Assembly: GCA_051362555.1 (NCBI GenBank)
Contig: CM120642.1
Span: 3,348,001-3,412,000, forward strand
Direction: 5' to 3'
Length of the DNA: 64,000 nt
From: Lingula anatina
Taxonomy: Eukaryota; Animalia; Brachiopoda
Below, piece after piece: positions 15,301 through 30,465 of the stretch. The notes under the pieces were generated by a model. That model did no database searches. It saw only the letters and a program-made list of their open reading frames with translations, and was not told where the DNA came from. Within the stretch, counting starts at the first letter, position 1, and every line of letters begins with the position of its first letter. Made by a program: the position numbers and the translations under genes.

Positions 15301-18300
15301 AATGACAGAGGTATTACTGTTGAATGACAAACTTGCCTTCTTTTTTTTTTTTTTTTTTGCCAAAGTGAATAATTTTAAAACCAATCAAATACTAGCATTA
15401 GTTCAGCACTCTCCTTTTCTAATAATCTATAGAAGATGGTAGATACAGACTTCTAACAAATGAACAGTAATTTCTGGCAATTTCAAATCATGTCAAAAGC
15501 AGTTTTTGAGCAGGAGTATTAATTCCATTACATAAAGGAATGTAACATGAATGAAGGCTATCAACACATGCTGTCTACAATAAATATCAGTTTACTCCCC
15601 AAAACAAGTATGTTACATACATTCCTTAAAGCCAAAGGCAAAACCAAAAAGTCATGCTATTCACAGAAAGGGCACATGCAATTATGGTCAGAAAAATACA
15701 AAAGGGCCGTTTCTCTCCCTTAGTGAATATATGATAAGACAAGTAGATATTAGAATGTTTTTTGTTCAGTCAAATCTCACCATTAAGCCTGTCCAGACTC
15801 CTGGAGTAATATCTGTTGCCTTGGTCACCCAGGATATCACTGGTATGTCTGGACATTCTCTCCTCCTCCTTGTCCTTTCTGACTGGGCCTTAAAGATTTT
15901 ATTTTTCAATGTTAAAGTGATGGAGCAATAAAGCCACAGATCAATTTGATGAAAAAAAAACTCCACCTATAACTGATATATTATTTGGCTTACAATGTGT
16001 TTGAGATCCTGTAAATAAGGCAAAGTGTAGGGTATATAACATATACTCCTGCACTAAGTAATGATTTAATCTGTATCTTATATCTGATATATAGAAATAA
16101 AGAAAATAACAAATTCAAACTGCAAAAATTTACACACAATGGCAATGGTTAAAAAAAAAACAACAAAAACTACTTATTTACAATTCTTAACTGAGCACCT
16201 GTTTCCCTAACAAGGTCCATACCTCCCAGTCCATTCATGGTTAGAGGCACCTGTCTGCCCCTGTCCCCTGTCCAGCTGCCCTCTGAGGGGGTGATCAGGT
16301 CCTCTATGTGGTCATCCTCTCCACCAGACCATGGCTGGTCACTCAAGTCTGCTGTCCGTGCGTTCTCCCTGGACGACAAATCTCTGTCCCTGGGAGGATA
16401 AATAAATTCTTAAAGAGGGTATTTTGTAAAATAAGCCACCTTCAGGTAGACTGATATACATGTGGAGCACCTGAATGTCAACCTGGTGCCTCGTGCTTTC
16501 AGAGTGTGACATCTTTGTATAAGACTGTGAACTTGAATATGTTCCCAATGATACAGCATCATGGACCATTTCAGCAGTCCAGAAATATACTGAAACTTAT
16601 TTTTGAATCCCTATTAAAAAATAATAAGCCAGACATCAGTTAAATACAGTTAACAACAAACCTCAAGTTTTCCAAAGCACCTTCCCTTCCATATAACCTT
16701 GGTCCCAGGTGATGGTCATCCTTAGACTGACCACTTTGCCCAATATGGCCATTGATCTCGTTATGGTGACTGCTGTGGTGACTCCCAGAATGACTGCTGG
16801 GATGACTGCCAGGGTGACTGCTATGGTGACTGCTTGGGTCACTGTCTCTGTCCAGCTCCCTGGAATACAACCTATTGCCGTGATCTCCAGTTTGGAATGT
16901 ATAACTAGGAAAAGCAAGGTCACCACCTAGGTCACGTCCACCACCAAGGTCACGTCCACCACCAAGGGGAAGGTCACCATCAAGGTCATGACCACCACCA
17001 CCACCACCACCACCACCTAAGTCAAGGTCATAAGTGTGGTACCTGTTGCCATGGTCACCAGTACGGTGGCTCACTTCTGGGTGGATCTTCTCCTCTGTCC
17101 GTCTTTGGGTACCTTCACCATACAGATCTCTGGAGTAATACCTGTTGCCTTGGTCACCAGTAGGGTGACTTGTTTCACGCTGGAGGATCTCTTCTCTGTT
17201 TTCTAGTAATGCAAAACAAGAAAGTCACACAGAAGCAAGTCTGCCACTTAAATATACTGTAATAACACACACTTTTTAAAAAATCCCTCCAACAGTACTT
17301 GGGGAACTTCGACTGGTCACATTCAGGACAGGTTGATCCATGAACTAACAGTTTAGCAGATCAAATATGGCTGACCTACCATATAATCTCCTAAAAGACA
17401 CTGAATAGATTCCCAGCAAACATTAAAGAGGGACAGCCATAATTTATCTGACAATCTGTTTGTCCTAAGATCAACTTTTGTTGTGAATGCAACCATTACA
17501 AAACGCAGAGGAAAAACTTCAATTCATTATGGTCAACTCTGGCAAAAATACAATACATTTATAATAAAACCAAAATGAATCTGAACATATTTAATCATGT
17601 GAAGGGACTTATGCAGTAAGCTCTACCTGTGGACTTTGTATTGGTAGTATTCCTAGTGTGCATATGGTGAATATTGATAACAGAGGAGGTGGTGCCCTGC
17701 TGCCCCATGTCACGTGACAGCTCCAGCATCTGACGCAGTGAGTTATTGGCCTCGATGGACCTCTCCAGCTGGACACGCAGGTGGCGGATTTCTTCAAACA
17801 GGTCCGTCATGTCTGCTCCAGAGATATCCCGCAGTTTGAAATCGGCACCAGTGCCTGGACCAAACAAACAGATGAATTATATTATGATTATTTTGTTGTT
17901 TTGATGATAAAGCAATGGAATAAGAGTGAATGTTTTCTGTGGTGAGTAAATTATGCCCTATGCCATGACTTGTTTCTTGTTTTTTTAAATATGTTATAAA
18001 TGTTTTTTCCAAAAATTTGAAAAATGTCAATCCTATCTAATGACTTCTATATTTATAACAAATTTATATAAAAACCAAACAAAGAGCACCTTTCTCTCTG
18101 GTCTCTTCCCTCATCTTCTCAAACACATTAAGTTCCATCTTCAATGTCTTGTTTAGACCTTGGCTCTCTTGCACCTGCTCCTCTAGGTATGTCACGGACT
18201 GCTGGGCCCTGTTCAGATCATTGATCAACCTGGAATAGTCAACATTTGATATGCATCTTAACCTATTTCTAGCAAACTGCCCCTAAATTCAATCACAGTA

Positions 18301-21300
18301 AAAAGTCTACATTAACCAAATGCCCCAAGTTGAATGCCACTCAAACTGAGATCAGTCCAGTAAAATTTTCCTAACTACAAACCACTACTCCCACTTCTTA
18401 CAACCACACAACCTAAAGGGTCAATAGGTTTAAACAGTTTTTGGCACACAATGTCTACAGCATTTAATTCAAAACAAATCGAAGTCGCTAAAAATCAACC
18501 CTACCTCTTATTTTCTTGCCTAGAGTCCGTCAGCTGCTTGTTGACCTGGTCACTTTTCTTCTGCAGGTCAGTGTTGACCAGTTGTAACTCCTGACATGTC
18601 TTCTCCAGCTGTTTATTGGCCTGGTCAAGGTCAGAGTTCACCTGGAGATGGACACAGTGATTGACATATGTCATAGCTAAGGGCACAGTCATACCTAACA
18701 CCATAATGTAATACTGACAACAGTCCTGGCATGTGGTTTGTATTGCTGTTTGCTTGCCTTATGAAGACTTGCTTAATAGAGCCTGCCTGGGATATGGACT
18801 TTTCAAAACAGAGTACCTTTGTTAAATTTTCATTGCAAGTGCATCTATTAGGTAAATCAAGAAAAAAACATTAAAATCATTAAGAAAATCATAAGCTGAC
18901 AATGGTTTTTGAAAGTTGCCATAGGTGTATATACATCAGATATACCACACAAATGGGTTGCAGTGTGGCAAAGTTGAGGAATTGTTGTATTGCAGCATCC
19001 AATACAGTTTGTCCCAGTGAAGACCAACAAGCAACATATTACATATGTACCTCATGACAAGATTAAGCAATTTTTCCAACGTTTGTCATCAAAATAAATC
19101 ACTTTAAAAATACTAAATAAATCAAGCTTGTTTCCAGTATACATACATGCCTTACATCCAATTCTCACCTGTTTTAATTCAACATTATTCTTCTCCAGAG
19201 CCTTGCACCTGTTCTGTAGCTCCTTCATTTCTTTCTCCAATTTTCGCACCCACTCCTCTTTCTCTATCACTGTCTGCCGCAGCTCATGTACCTCTGTCTC
19301 CGTCTGCTGCAGGTAAACATTGGTGGTGCCACCTACAGATGAGATCATACAATAAATGCCTCATTTCAAGCAGATAGTAAAGAAGTTGAAAATGAGTGTA
19401 ATATCAAGGTCAAAGTAATAAGACAATGCTTTTATTTTACCTCCATTAGTCTATTTCATGTAAAAAAAAAATAAATAAACAAAAATAATGGTATTTATTT
19501 GTTTTTCAAAAGATACTAAGAGGAGTGTATGCAAGCTGTATTCAAAAGCTACTAAACTTAAAACAAAAAACCTTCGAAGAGTGATAGCGTTTAAATTTTG
19601 TCTTACATATAGTGATGATAAGAAGGATTTCATGTCTAAAGAGACTAGTTAACCCTTTATCAAAGAGTGACCAAGACCTCTAAATGAAGGCTTAAAACAT
19701 TATTCCTCTTAGTTCAAAAATCATGTTTAGGCTCTAAAGACAACAATTCACAACAAACCTAGAGTGTCAAACCTTACCTCCACCTTCTCTCCTCATGTCT
19801 TCCAGACGCCTCTCCAACTTCTCACGCAGGAGGTCGTTGTTGCGGATGGACTCCTCCAGACGTTTCCTCAGCTCTCTGATCTCATTCAGGTGTTCTTGTA
19901 GGGTGCTGTGAGGGTCTCTCCTGGTCTGGCTGCTGTGAGTGGACATCCCCGGTGAACTCTGGATTCCAACAGAGGTGCCTATGTTCTCAAACAGCTTCAT
20001 TTCATCCTTGAGCGTCTCATTCAACTCTTCCACAGTTTTCAACTTCTGCTGCAGGTTCACTATCAACTTGTCCTTCTCGCTGTCAGGAGGTGCTGTGCTT
20101 GTGTACGAGTGGCCTTCAAATGCCCTCTGGCCCCTATGACCTTGAGATGACCTTTGACCTGACCTGTGAGAAGAATTTGTCGACCTGCCATCCCTTTGAC
20201 TGTGGTGTGTTGATGAGCTATTAGATGGCCTAGAAGACTCAATCCTTCTGTCCCTCTCCTTGTTATCTCTCCCCTCGCCTTCAAAGATACGAGACTGACT
20301 CTGTAAATGGTCATTTGGCAGGTCAGGGTCAACTAGATGCCTGTGACCTTGGCCAAAGAGCTCTTGGTCAAGCTGCCCATTGGTCACTCTGAACTCCAAA
20401 CCATTGAGGTCACCATCGTCATCATGTCCTGTATCCCTGAGATCAACAATCACATCTTCACGTGATCCAAATATATTGTGAGCATACGAGGAATCGCCGT
20501 ATGGGCGTCCATGCCTGCCAGTCCTGTCTTGCAAGTCATGCTGCCCCCTGTTGGAGAAACTGTCTGCACTGGCAGCTGTTCTGTCTCCAGAAGGCTGACG
20601 CAGCGAACTAACGCGTGAGCTATGGAGGCTACTTGATGACAAGCCACTTTCTTCCACTACTGTGCTGCCCTCTACAGTTCTGCCAGTTAGGCGTGGCTCG
20701 CGATGTGAGCCACTGGCACTACGGTGCCTTAACCGTTCAATATCTAAAGAGTCTCCAACATCACCTGGCCTGTATTTCACACTGCCTCTAAGCTGCTCAT
20801 CCCCAGAGTCACTGGAAACAGATGGCCCCACTTCCCTGGCTCCCCCACCTCCAACTTTCCTAGACTTTCTGTATTGCTTAGACTTGACATCTTTTCTATT
20901 GTGTGCTGTTCCAGAGCTGCTGGAAAAGCTTGACCAGTCTTGGCCTCTGTCGGACCCTTGTTGACCTCTTAGTGACCTCTGACCATCATGGCGATCTGCA
21001 CTCCTCCTACTTCCACCAGACGACCTAGCATCAAGGTCGTCCAAGTCAACTTGACCTCTGCGGTCCAAGTTTCCTTGTCTTGTGGCTGGGAAAGCGTGAG
21101 TGCTGGGTGATGACCGATCCATCTGATCAAGGTCGTATTGGTCAAGCCCTTCTGGTCCCCAAATTTCTCTCTCCTCTGTGGGTATATTAGAGTCAGTTGG
21201 TCTCTTTTGCAGTTGATCAATAATCTTCTGGAGCTTGGCTATCTTTTTGTTTTTCTCTTCAACTTCACAGCCAAGTCTTATGAAAAAAATGATAAAAGAA

Positions 21301-24300
21301 TGATTTAGTTAAAAAAGCACATTCTTCAAACTCCCATCAATTTCCATACCATAGCACTAAAAATCTTTCAAAGAAATATCATATTGTTACCAATGAAATA
21401 TGCCCAGCTTCAAACAAACATTTACAGCTTACAGTCCACTTTCAAAGCAAATCATTCTTCCAATAAAATGGCCTGACTTCAAAACCATGCAATCTTAAAA
21501 CAATCACATAAACTTCAATCAAATCAACGTCCGTTCTCTCTCACCTGTGTAGTTCCTGGCCAGTCTGCTGCGCCTGTTCCTGGTTGTTCTGCAGCAGAAG
21601 TTTCAGTTGCTCCAACTGCTGTCCTCTCTTCTGCAGCTCTGACTGGAGACGCTGGACTTCTGCTTTCAACTCTCTGGGGATCACAATCAGAAATACCCAG
21701 TAGTGTTTAATAATAATAAGGTTTATTTAAAAGCATATAATTTTCACCAAAATAACAAAGAATCTACCATCATTGTTTTTTACTTGAAATATTGATTTGG
21801 ATCAAGTTTCCAATGATTTGGCAAACAAAGCAATCACACTGAAGCAGATTCTGTATTGTTGTTATACCACTTCCAAAGGCTGACTTCTATTTCTCTAATC
21901 CATGCATGCAGTAAATAACATGTGGATAATTCCTCTCCACAGCATGTCTAAATTCTACAATAATCATAAGTCTTAATGTCACATCATGTATGGCTCCATC
22001 TTGCAGTTCTGAGTCCAATGAATAAATCCATATTAAATAACAATGGTCTATTTTAAACCTAGACATACAGATGCAGGATGCATTAATATTATTCCAAGTA
22101 CAGATCATGAAACCGATTCATGGACATACTGTTTAAGGAGTATTATATGATTGTTACCATAGTAATCAGAGAAAAGTCTGTATTATTAGTACAAGAGGAC
22201 TTCCAGTCACTGTGAAACCCTATCTGCGTCAAATGTCTTTACCACTTAATGAATGCAAGTAGATTCCAAGGAACAAATTGTGAAGTACTGCCACTCAACC
22301 AACTCCACAAAATTTTTAAAGAGAAGGGTGTTCTGTAAAACCCGTTTACAAGTCATCTGGGTGGAGTATGTATAAAACTTGATACCTAACCTTCTACTTG
22401 CTGTATCTTGCCTCCAATTTATCACTTAATGTCACAGCAAACACATTAAAAACCTGCGAAATGAGAGACTTTGAGCCAAGTCTCCACATAAAAACATACG
22501 GTAATGTGCCATGAATTTCGAACAGTAAAAAATAATTAAATTTGGGAAAAGATCGTTCTGGCCGAAATTCATGAAATGGAGATGCTCAGAACTTCCGAAA
22601 GTTCGAATTTCATGGAATTCTGTCAATTTTGACCGGAAGTTGTCTGTTCGTCGCTAGGCTTTCTGTTATCTTCTCCCAACGATCTATTTAGAGTTACCAT
22701 AATTTATGATGTGTGAGTGTCGGTAATTGCGACCAAAGGTATACACGTACTTTCACCCGATCACTGTGTATGGCCCATAGATAGAGCGGTAATGTTGTCT
22801 AGGGCCGCAAAACAGTATCGTTATCAGTAGTGTCGTTTTTCAAAAGCGATTCTGGCAGCCAGAAACAAGTGTCGTTTTTCAAAAACGATCCTGGTGCTCA
22901 GAACGGGAGTAGACGGAGGGAGAGACGGCCGACGATTAGCGTCTGCCACGGCCAGATAACCTTTACTATGGAAGCTTAGTGTTACCGTTGCTCCTTTCCG
23001 TGCACTGAAACCGAGACAACAGCCGATCAGTGTCTATGGCGCACGTGCAGGTAGCCTTCATCTGCGATAAGTGTCTTCCGCGACCAGGTTCGTTGCCTTT
23101 ACCGTTAAAGTCGGGCGGAGCTTTACGCGCGAATGCGTCCTCATCGCGCCGTTCGCGGGTCGGTGTCTCCCACGCATACGTAGCCTTCCCTGCAGAAGCC
23201 GGCCTCGGCACTACGGCCTCTCCTCCGTGCGGGGAGGCCACTACGACCGCAGATCGGTATGTGCGGCGCACAGGTAGCCTTCGCCACGGCAGCCGAACTG
23301 TGTATTACGTTCTCTCTCCGTCGTGCGCTGCGACCAAGATGACCGCTGATTGTTGTCTGCGATGAAATATACTAGGTTTGGGGGGGGGGGGGGGGGCGTT
23401 TTTTATTTTCGCTCAGGCAACCCAATCTTAACCAGCAGCAGCAACTGATTTCCTGGCGCATAGTTGCGTCAATGTACGCATTTGAAAAGCGTGTACGTTT
23501 TGTCATGGAAACCATCTTCAAACAAACACGAGAGATAGGTAATCTAGAGTAAACCGAAAAGGCAGTTTTTATATTCGTTCAAGGGACTGGAAGATCGTCA
23601 ATGGGAGATAGTGATCGATCTGAGCGCGACAATAAGCCAATTTCCACACTAGTTCAAGGGACTTCGTTACTATATTCGTCAGCAAGAGATCGTCAGCGAT
23701 CCGAGCAAGCATAGAAGCTTGGACTTTTTGTCCATGCTAGAAGGCAATTTTCATGTAATCAGCAGGATATGGTTTGCTGGTTTGCGACAGGGGCGTAACC
23801 AGGCATACGCACGGAAACACTGTGCGTATTTAATTTCTTGGCCAACCATGATATTATTCTCTATAAATCTAGTGTACTTTTCAAGGAATATTATCGAAAA
23901 TCCCCTTCGATTATAAGTTAATGTCACCTGAATGTACAAATTCTCTGTATAATTTATATATGCACCATTGTTCTGACACCCTTCTCGTTTGCTTTCACAG
24001 AACTGAGGTAAACAATACTAGTTACCATCTGAAGTCCGATCTTAATCGTCCATCTAGCTGGAACTTGCTTTACCTCTTAATTAGAGGGTAAAGTGCCCTT
24101 CCGCTCACAGGTAGCTTTTGTATTGAGTGTATCGAACGCGATATTTATCTCAGATAAAATCTACCTGTGTGTTATTTCAAAGAGCTGCTCCAGCAGACCT
24201 GGGGGCACTAGATAAATCTGATCATCGGGCTAAACAAGGAGCCAGAGAAACAAAGGAAGATTGATTTTTCCTGCAAAGTTTCAAAGAATTTTGACACGAA

Positions 24301-27300
24301 CTTGATCCAGCTTAACCCTCCAAACTAACGGGGTGGCATGGACAATTTTTACAAAATTTACAAACAATTAAACTTAGATATATTACAATTTTATTCTTTA
24401 ATATAATTTTGGGAGGCATGCACCCGCATGTAAGCTGGGTGATGTCAGTAAGCCCCTAGTTAAATAAATATACCCTTATGAGCAAGGCTTTTCCCAGCGA
24501 ACCGTCCAGCCGTCATTTGGACGGCCGCTGACATCACCGGACGGCCTATATTTTCAAAGACGGCTAGACGGCTTGCGACTTTTTTTAATGGCGTCTTGGC
24601 TTGTCGGGACAGCCGTGGACGTTGTAAGAAATTTTCTTAGAGTAATTTGACGTACCTAGCTTTTATGATGCGTCAGAGATGAATGGTACTACTTTGTAGT
24701 GTACGCAGTCACGCAGATCTTCAGTCACGACGAAACTACTTCCTAAAGCTTACAAAACACAATAAAATGTTTCTATGAACTTTAAGATACACATTCCACT
24801 CCGTATGCAGCAGTGACAAGAGTGACCTTCATGCGGTACAAAACACTAAGCAAACTACAGGCCAATTTGTGAAAGGGGACACCTTCCGGACCTTCATACG
24901 CACGGCAACTGACAAAGCTGATTGACAAAAAGGAAAATTTCAAATTTTCAGCGAGAGATCGTTCGCAATCCGAGAGAGACCAGGAGGCAATTTTCATATT
25001 TGTTAAAGAGACTTCGTAAGCCAAAGGGTGAGACGAGAACGCAATTTTCGTATCGTCAGCGTCGCAATCCGAGTGAAACGAGAAAGCTCATACTCGTTCA
25101 GTGGCTTTCGTTTGCGGAAGATCGTCAGCCGGAGATCGTTCTCGATTGTTTTTAACCCTCCATCCCTCCCCACTGGAATTTATAATTTTTAAAAATATTT
25201 TTCATTTCATTTGTACATTTCAAGGGACTTCATTACCGGAAGATCGTCAGCGGGAGATCGTGAACGATCTGAGCGAGACAAGAAAGCAATAATGGTTATC
25301 TTTATTGCAGCTCTTAATATTGCTCTTTTGTTCTGTTACTGAAGTCTCTACTGTTAACAATGCTATTGTGCGCCTCAGCAAAACTACCGATCGCTATCTC
25401 ACACCGAATACTGCGGTAAAGAAACAACAGCCCGACAGTACGACTCTTAATAGAATCTCCTGTTATCTGAATGAATAGATATGACGATGTTGTTTAGCAT
25501 CCTAAACTAACTGTACTGATCGTTATCTTGCACCTTGGGCCGCACACGTAGTACTCAGGTAAAGGTACGCTACGGCAACATTGCCGACTGTTAGATCTTT
25601 ATAAGCGCGAGAATAGCCCGGTGGCCGATTTTAAGGTGTACGAAATTCACAAAATCAAGATCGCGCAAAATTGCTTACTGGCCGAAATTCATGGTCCAGA
25701 AAAAACTCCAGACGGCCGATTTTAAGATCGTTCGAAATTCAAGAGCCGTTCGAAATTCATGGCACTTTACCGTACCTGTGTCAATGCAACTGAAAACGAG
25801 GCACTACAATTTCTTCTTACACAATCTATAAGTACCTTGGCAACAGCACTGTTTGTATCTGATCTCTCAGTGTGTGGCAACACTTTTTAATTAAAAACTC
25901 GGAAATCACTGCCTTTAACTTCCCTTCAATCAATAAACTTATCCCTCTTACAATAATCTCTTTAAGTCTAATTTGTGCAGTTCTTGATTATAATTGATTA
26001 ACACTATTTTGTTTCAGTTAAGGGAAAACACAGAACAACATATTCAGAGGCTTTAAGCAAACAAGGTGTAGACTGGAAAAGCTAGGTTATCTAACAGAAG
26101 TATCCTTTTGAAATGTGCAATCAATAGTTCATTGGTGTAAGACTGCATGGCAGCCTTTTTTTCCTACTCATGCTTTCAAAAACAATGCAGTCTGAATCAT
26201 TAAACAGTTCAGGGGTGGACTGAGGCCATCTTCTGAGTCTTCAGAAAGCCGATCAGATATTCAAGTTCACACTTACGGGCATCTATGTTTTCCGTCAGAA
26301 GACAGTCAAAAATGAGAATGGATCAACAAAGATAATTTGAAAGACTGACAGAAGATAGCTCTGGATCCGCTCCTGCAGTTCCAAATTTTAAATCCACAAA
26401 TGAGTTTGGCAACTTATAATGATTTGAAAGGATTTTTGAGGTTCTAGTACAAGTGAAATGAATGCAAACAAGGACGAGGTATTGTCATTGTATGAGAACA
26501 TATCAACAGATAAAACAATATAAAGTTAATAACCCCAATTCTTCAATGCAATTTTTATCAGATCTGTGTCAAGAAAGGGCAATAACCTTGAAGACATTCA
26601 ATGTCATAATGCAGTCTAAGAAAAGACCGAAGCTAATTTGGTCTAGACAAATTTTAAGTGTGGCATTTAGATGGGCAGAACAGTTCCCTTTCATCTTCCA
26701 CCATACACTAATCAGGCATCATTTTGTCTTATTACCAATAAAATCTAAACAGAGGCTTTGAAATAAATCGCTGGGAGGGTTTTGAAGTACTCACCAGTGT
26801 CATTAAATTGAAAATGAAAGTGTTCGTGAGTGCTCAGGTAAAAGAAATTTAAGAAAATTGATTTTTTACTTCAAAGTTGCAATAATGATATTGTCAATGA
26901 AATGATGTTTGTGCAAAGGAATTTAGTCAGTGAACACTGAAGATTTATCTATTATCCAAAAACATGTACGATAAGACTGCAAGATAGGAGTTTGTTTTCC
27001 AAACGAATGCGCTAACTCTAGCTCAGATAAAAGAGAAATTTAAGAAACTGATTTTTTACTTCAAAGTTGCAATAATGATATTGTCAATAAAATGGAATTT
27101 GTGCAAAGGAAATTAGTCATTCAAGTTCAGTAGTATCTATGGGCATATCTCTACCATTTCTGGTGACACAAAGGATGGAAAAGTTGCAAAGTTCAGTTCA
27201 TGGTGAAAAGTGGGTCATGGGTCAATTTCAAGGTCACAGTTAGAATGCCAGTATATGACTTCCTATTCAAGTTCAATAGTAATTATGTGTGTATCTCTGC

Positions 27301-30300
27301 CAGTTTTGGAGATACAAGGGATAGAAAAGTTGCACACAGTTCATAGTGAAAAGTAGGGCATTTAAAAACACTAATAAAAATCAAAATTGGTCAGGGGGGG
27401 ATCACATAAATCTGAGCTTTTTGCTTATGTTTCAAAAATGTAAATTTACTTCAGGGTTATAGAAAACAAAAATTTAATTTCATGAGGAAATAAAAAATAT
27501 CCACACTCAAAATATAAATAACATAATGGCACACAGTCACTGTTAGTGCAAGTAATCAAAATTAAGAGACACTGTCTCAGTCAATGATCACGTAGGCAGG
27601 ACCAGTAGAGGCCCCTGTGTGCTGCATGCCATTTGTACTAACAACTAAATCAAATATAATGCTTGTTATCACTACTGACATGGTACAGTTTCCACAAATT
27701 ATTTCAAGGTCCCCATCACTTGATCATCTACTTTCACCATATAAAGAGTGCTTAAGATAGACACTTAACATTTTACTGTTGAACCATTCACTGAATGCCT
27801 TGTGTTATGATGTGACAACATGGCCGAGGCACTGGCAGCAGCTTTCACGGATAATCTCTTGACATGTAGCATCTGTCTGGGAGATTACGAAGACCCCCGT
27901 GTGCTGCCTTGCTACCATACATTTTGCTATGGTTGTATCTGTGACCATGCTAAGAGAACTCTTACTCCAAATAGAACATTTCTATGCCCTGTTTGCCGGG
28001 AAGAAATCCAGTTTCCAGTTGGTGGACTTATTCAGCTGAAAAAGAATTTTGTCTTCAGTAAGGCCAAGGACATCATAACCCAGCAACAACCAGATAGAGG
28101 GGCATCACAGAGTGAACAGACCAATGTAGCAGCAGTGACACAAGCCACTTCAAAAATGACCATTAGTTGTGAGAAACATCCTGATCTTAAGTTAAAATAC
28201 TACTGTGAAGATGATGATACCGTTGTATGTGGTGACTGTGTATCAACAGAACACTATAGACATGGTATTGTGCCAGTTGAAAATGTTGCAGATATCAATC
28301 GGAAAAAGATTAAAAATGTCCTTGTGAAAACTTTGCCAAAACTGAACATGTTCAAAGAAGCAGTTGCCAAGGAAACAGCCACTGAAACAGAAGAAACACG
28401 AATCATGGCAGCCTCCATCTGCAAAATCAAAGAACAGGCTAAATGCATTCGAAGATTGGTTGATCAGAGGGAGCAAGAACTGATATCAAAAGTAAATTCT
28501 GCTTGTGATATAAAAAAAAAGCAGAAGGAGGCCAACAAGGACACCCTTGAACTTTACCATGACTCCTTGTGGAGTGCTTGCAATTTTGCCCAAGAACTTA
28601 TCACAAATGGTTCTGACTCTGAGATAATGATTCACACCAAAGCTTTGACAGAGAGACTGGCAGCGATGGAGAAAATGCCAGTGCCAACTCCAGACACACC
28701 AGACCAGATATCCTACAGCCCTGGTAAGATATCTACTGCTGGGCTGGAAGCCATGTTAGGACAGGTGACAGTACAGTCACAACCTCCTAGACAGGGAACA
28801 AATCTACCAAATCCAGCATCACATCTTCCTGATTTCATAGAGAAGGCAGAATGTGTACATTCCTTCACTGCTAAATTGAAAAATGATAATGATTCCATAA
28901 CTGGGTTGACCGTAGATAAAAGGTATATGTTCATTGTTAACAGTAATACGGAAAGCAAATATGAGAGAACAAATGTATACACACATAACGGGCAATTCAA
29001 ATTTGCTATAAAACCCAATGATTCATATGATGTGGCTGTGTCACAGACTGGTCAGCTGTATATAACATCACCGGATGAAAAATGTGTTAAAGTGTATTCT
29101 ACCAGAGGTACGAAGATAAAAACCATAGGTTGCGGTATACTTGAGGAGCCATATGGTATAACAATGAACAGGAAAGGTCATGTGATGGTTTGTGACAGAA
29201 GAAAGAAATCCATCTTCACCTTCAATGCAGACAGTGAACAGCTCCTAAACACTATTCCACTAAGGATGTGTAAATGCCCATGGTACATCGCAGTGAACAG
29301 TGTGAATGATAACATTGTGGTATCAGACCGTGGCTGTGTATATGTGCTGTCAACTACTGGTGATCAGCTGTACCAGTATGGCACACAAGGCAGTGGTGAT
29401 GGTCAGCTACGGACACCATGTGGAATGTGCACAGACAGCTATGGTCACATCTTCATTGCTGACTGTTTAAACCACAGGATAGTGGCACTGGATACACAAG
29501 GACAGTTTGTCAAATACATTGCCACTAAGGATGATGGGTTGTGGTATCCCACAGCATTAACCATCAACCCTGCTGGCCAGCTGGTGGTGGCAGAGCAGTG
29601 GGGCAAAATTAAGACATTCCAGTACTTACAATAAGTAGTCAGTTCACATTTTACATTTTACAAAACTAAACTATAAAGTAACAATGCTATTGAGTTGATG
29701 ACAGGTTGGAGAAACTAAGAAACTACAATAAAACATTCCACAGTATATAATGATCTGACAGTATAAATGCGTTTACTCTATTAATCATGGTAAACAAGCT
29801 TACCACTAATTTAATGATAACAATAACTTGTTAGTACAAGTGGTCAGTGTTTAACTGTTTATTTAACCCAAGTCCTGATCTGGGAACTGGTCCATTTACA
29901 TTAGAAAAGTTAGCTCTGATAGGACCTCTGTCAGGTCTTAACTGCAGTCGAAAGTGCCATTGTGAATGGGGAAATTAGCGATATAAAAATTTTTTTAAGT
30001 ACAAGTGGTCAGCAAAGGGAGGTACCAACTGATGCAGACATAAAAGAAAAAAAAAATGAAGTACAAAAATTATCACCAAATGTTAACTATGCACCAAATT
30101 TAATTACGCAAATTTTGGACAAGGGTCCACTGTGACAAGCACCACACCTAGACCCGTGCACTGACAGAGCCCAAAATTTACATAGGATGAGATTAAATTA
30201 TGTGTGACCTAAATCCAAGAGATGGTTGCATAGACCCCTGTAGTTTAGAATAAGAAGGGGTAATGGTGAAATAGTGGCTGATACAGCAGAGCTGGCACAC

Positions 30301-30417
30301 GCACCAGGTCGGGAGTAAAAATCATGTGTACCACAAGCGCCGCAATGGTGGTACAATAAGTATGTTAAGTACAAGTTCTCAAAATAAATGCACACCATGT
30401 GTAAGTGAATGAAAACC

Positions 30418-30465
<48 letters not shown>

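Noticed and set aside
22966-23365. 101-aa and 111-aa overlapping ORFs
   Set aside because: A by-product of GC-rich transposon cargo; no recognisable domain.
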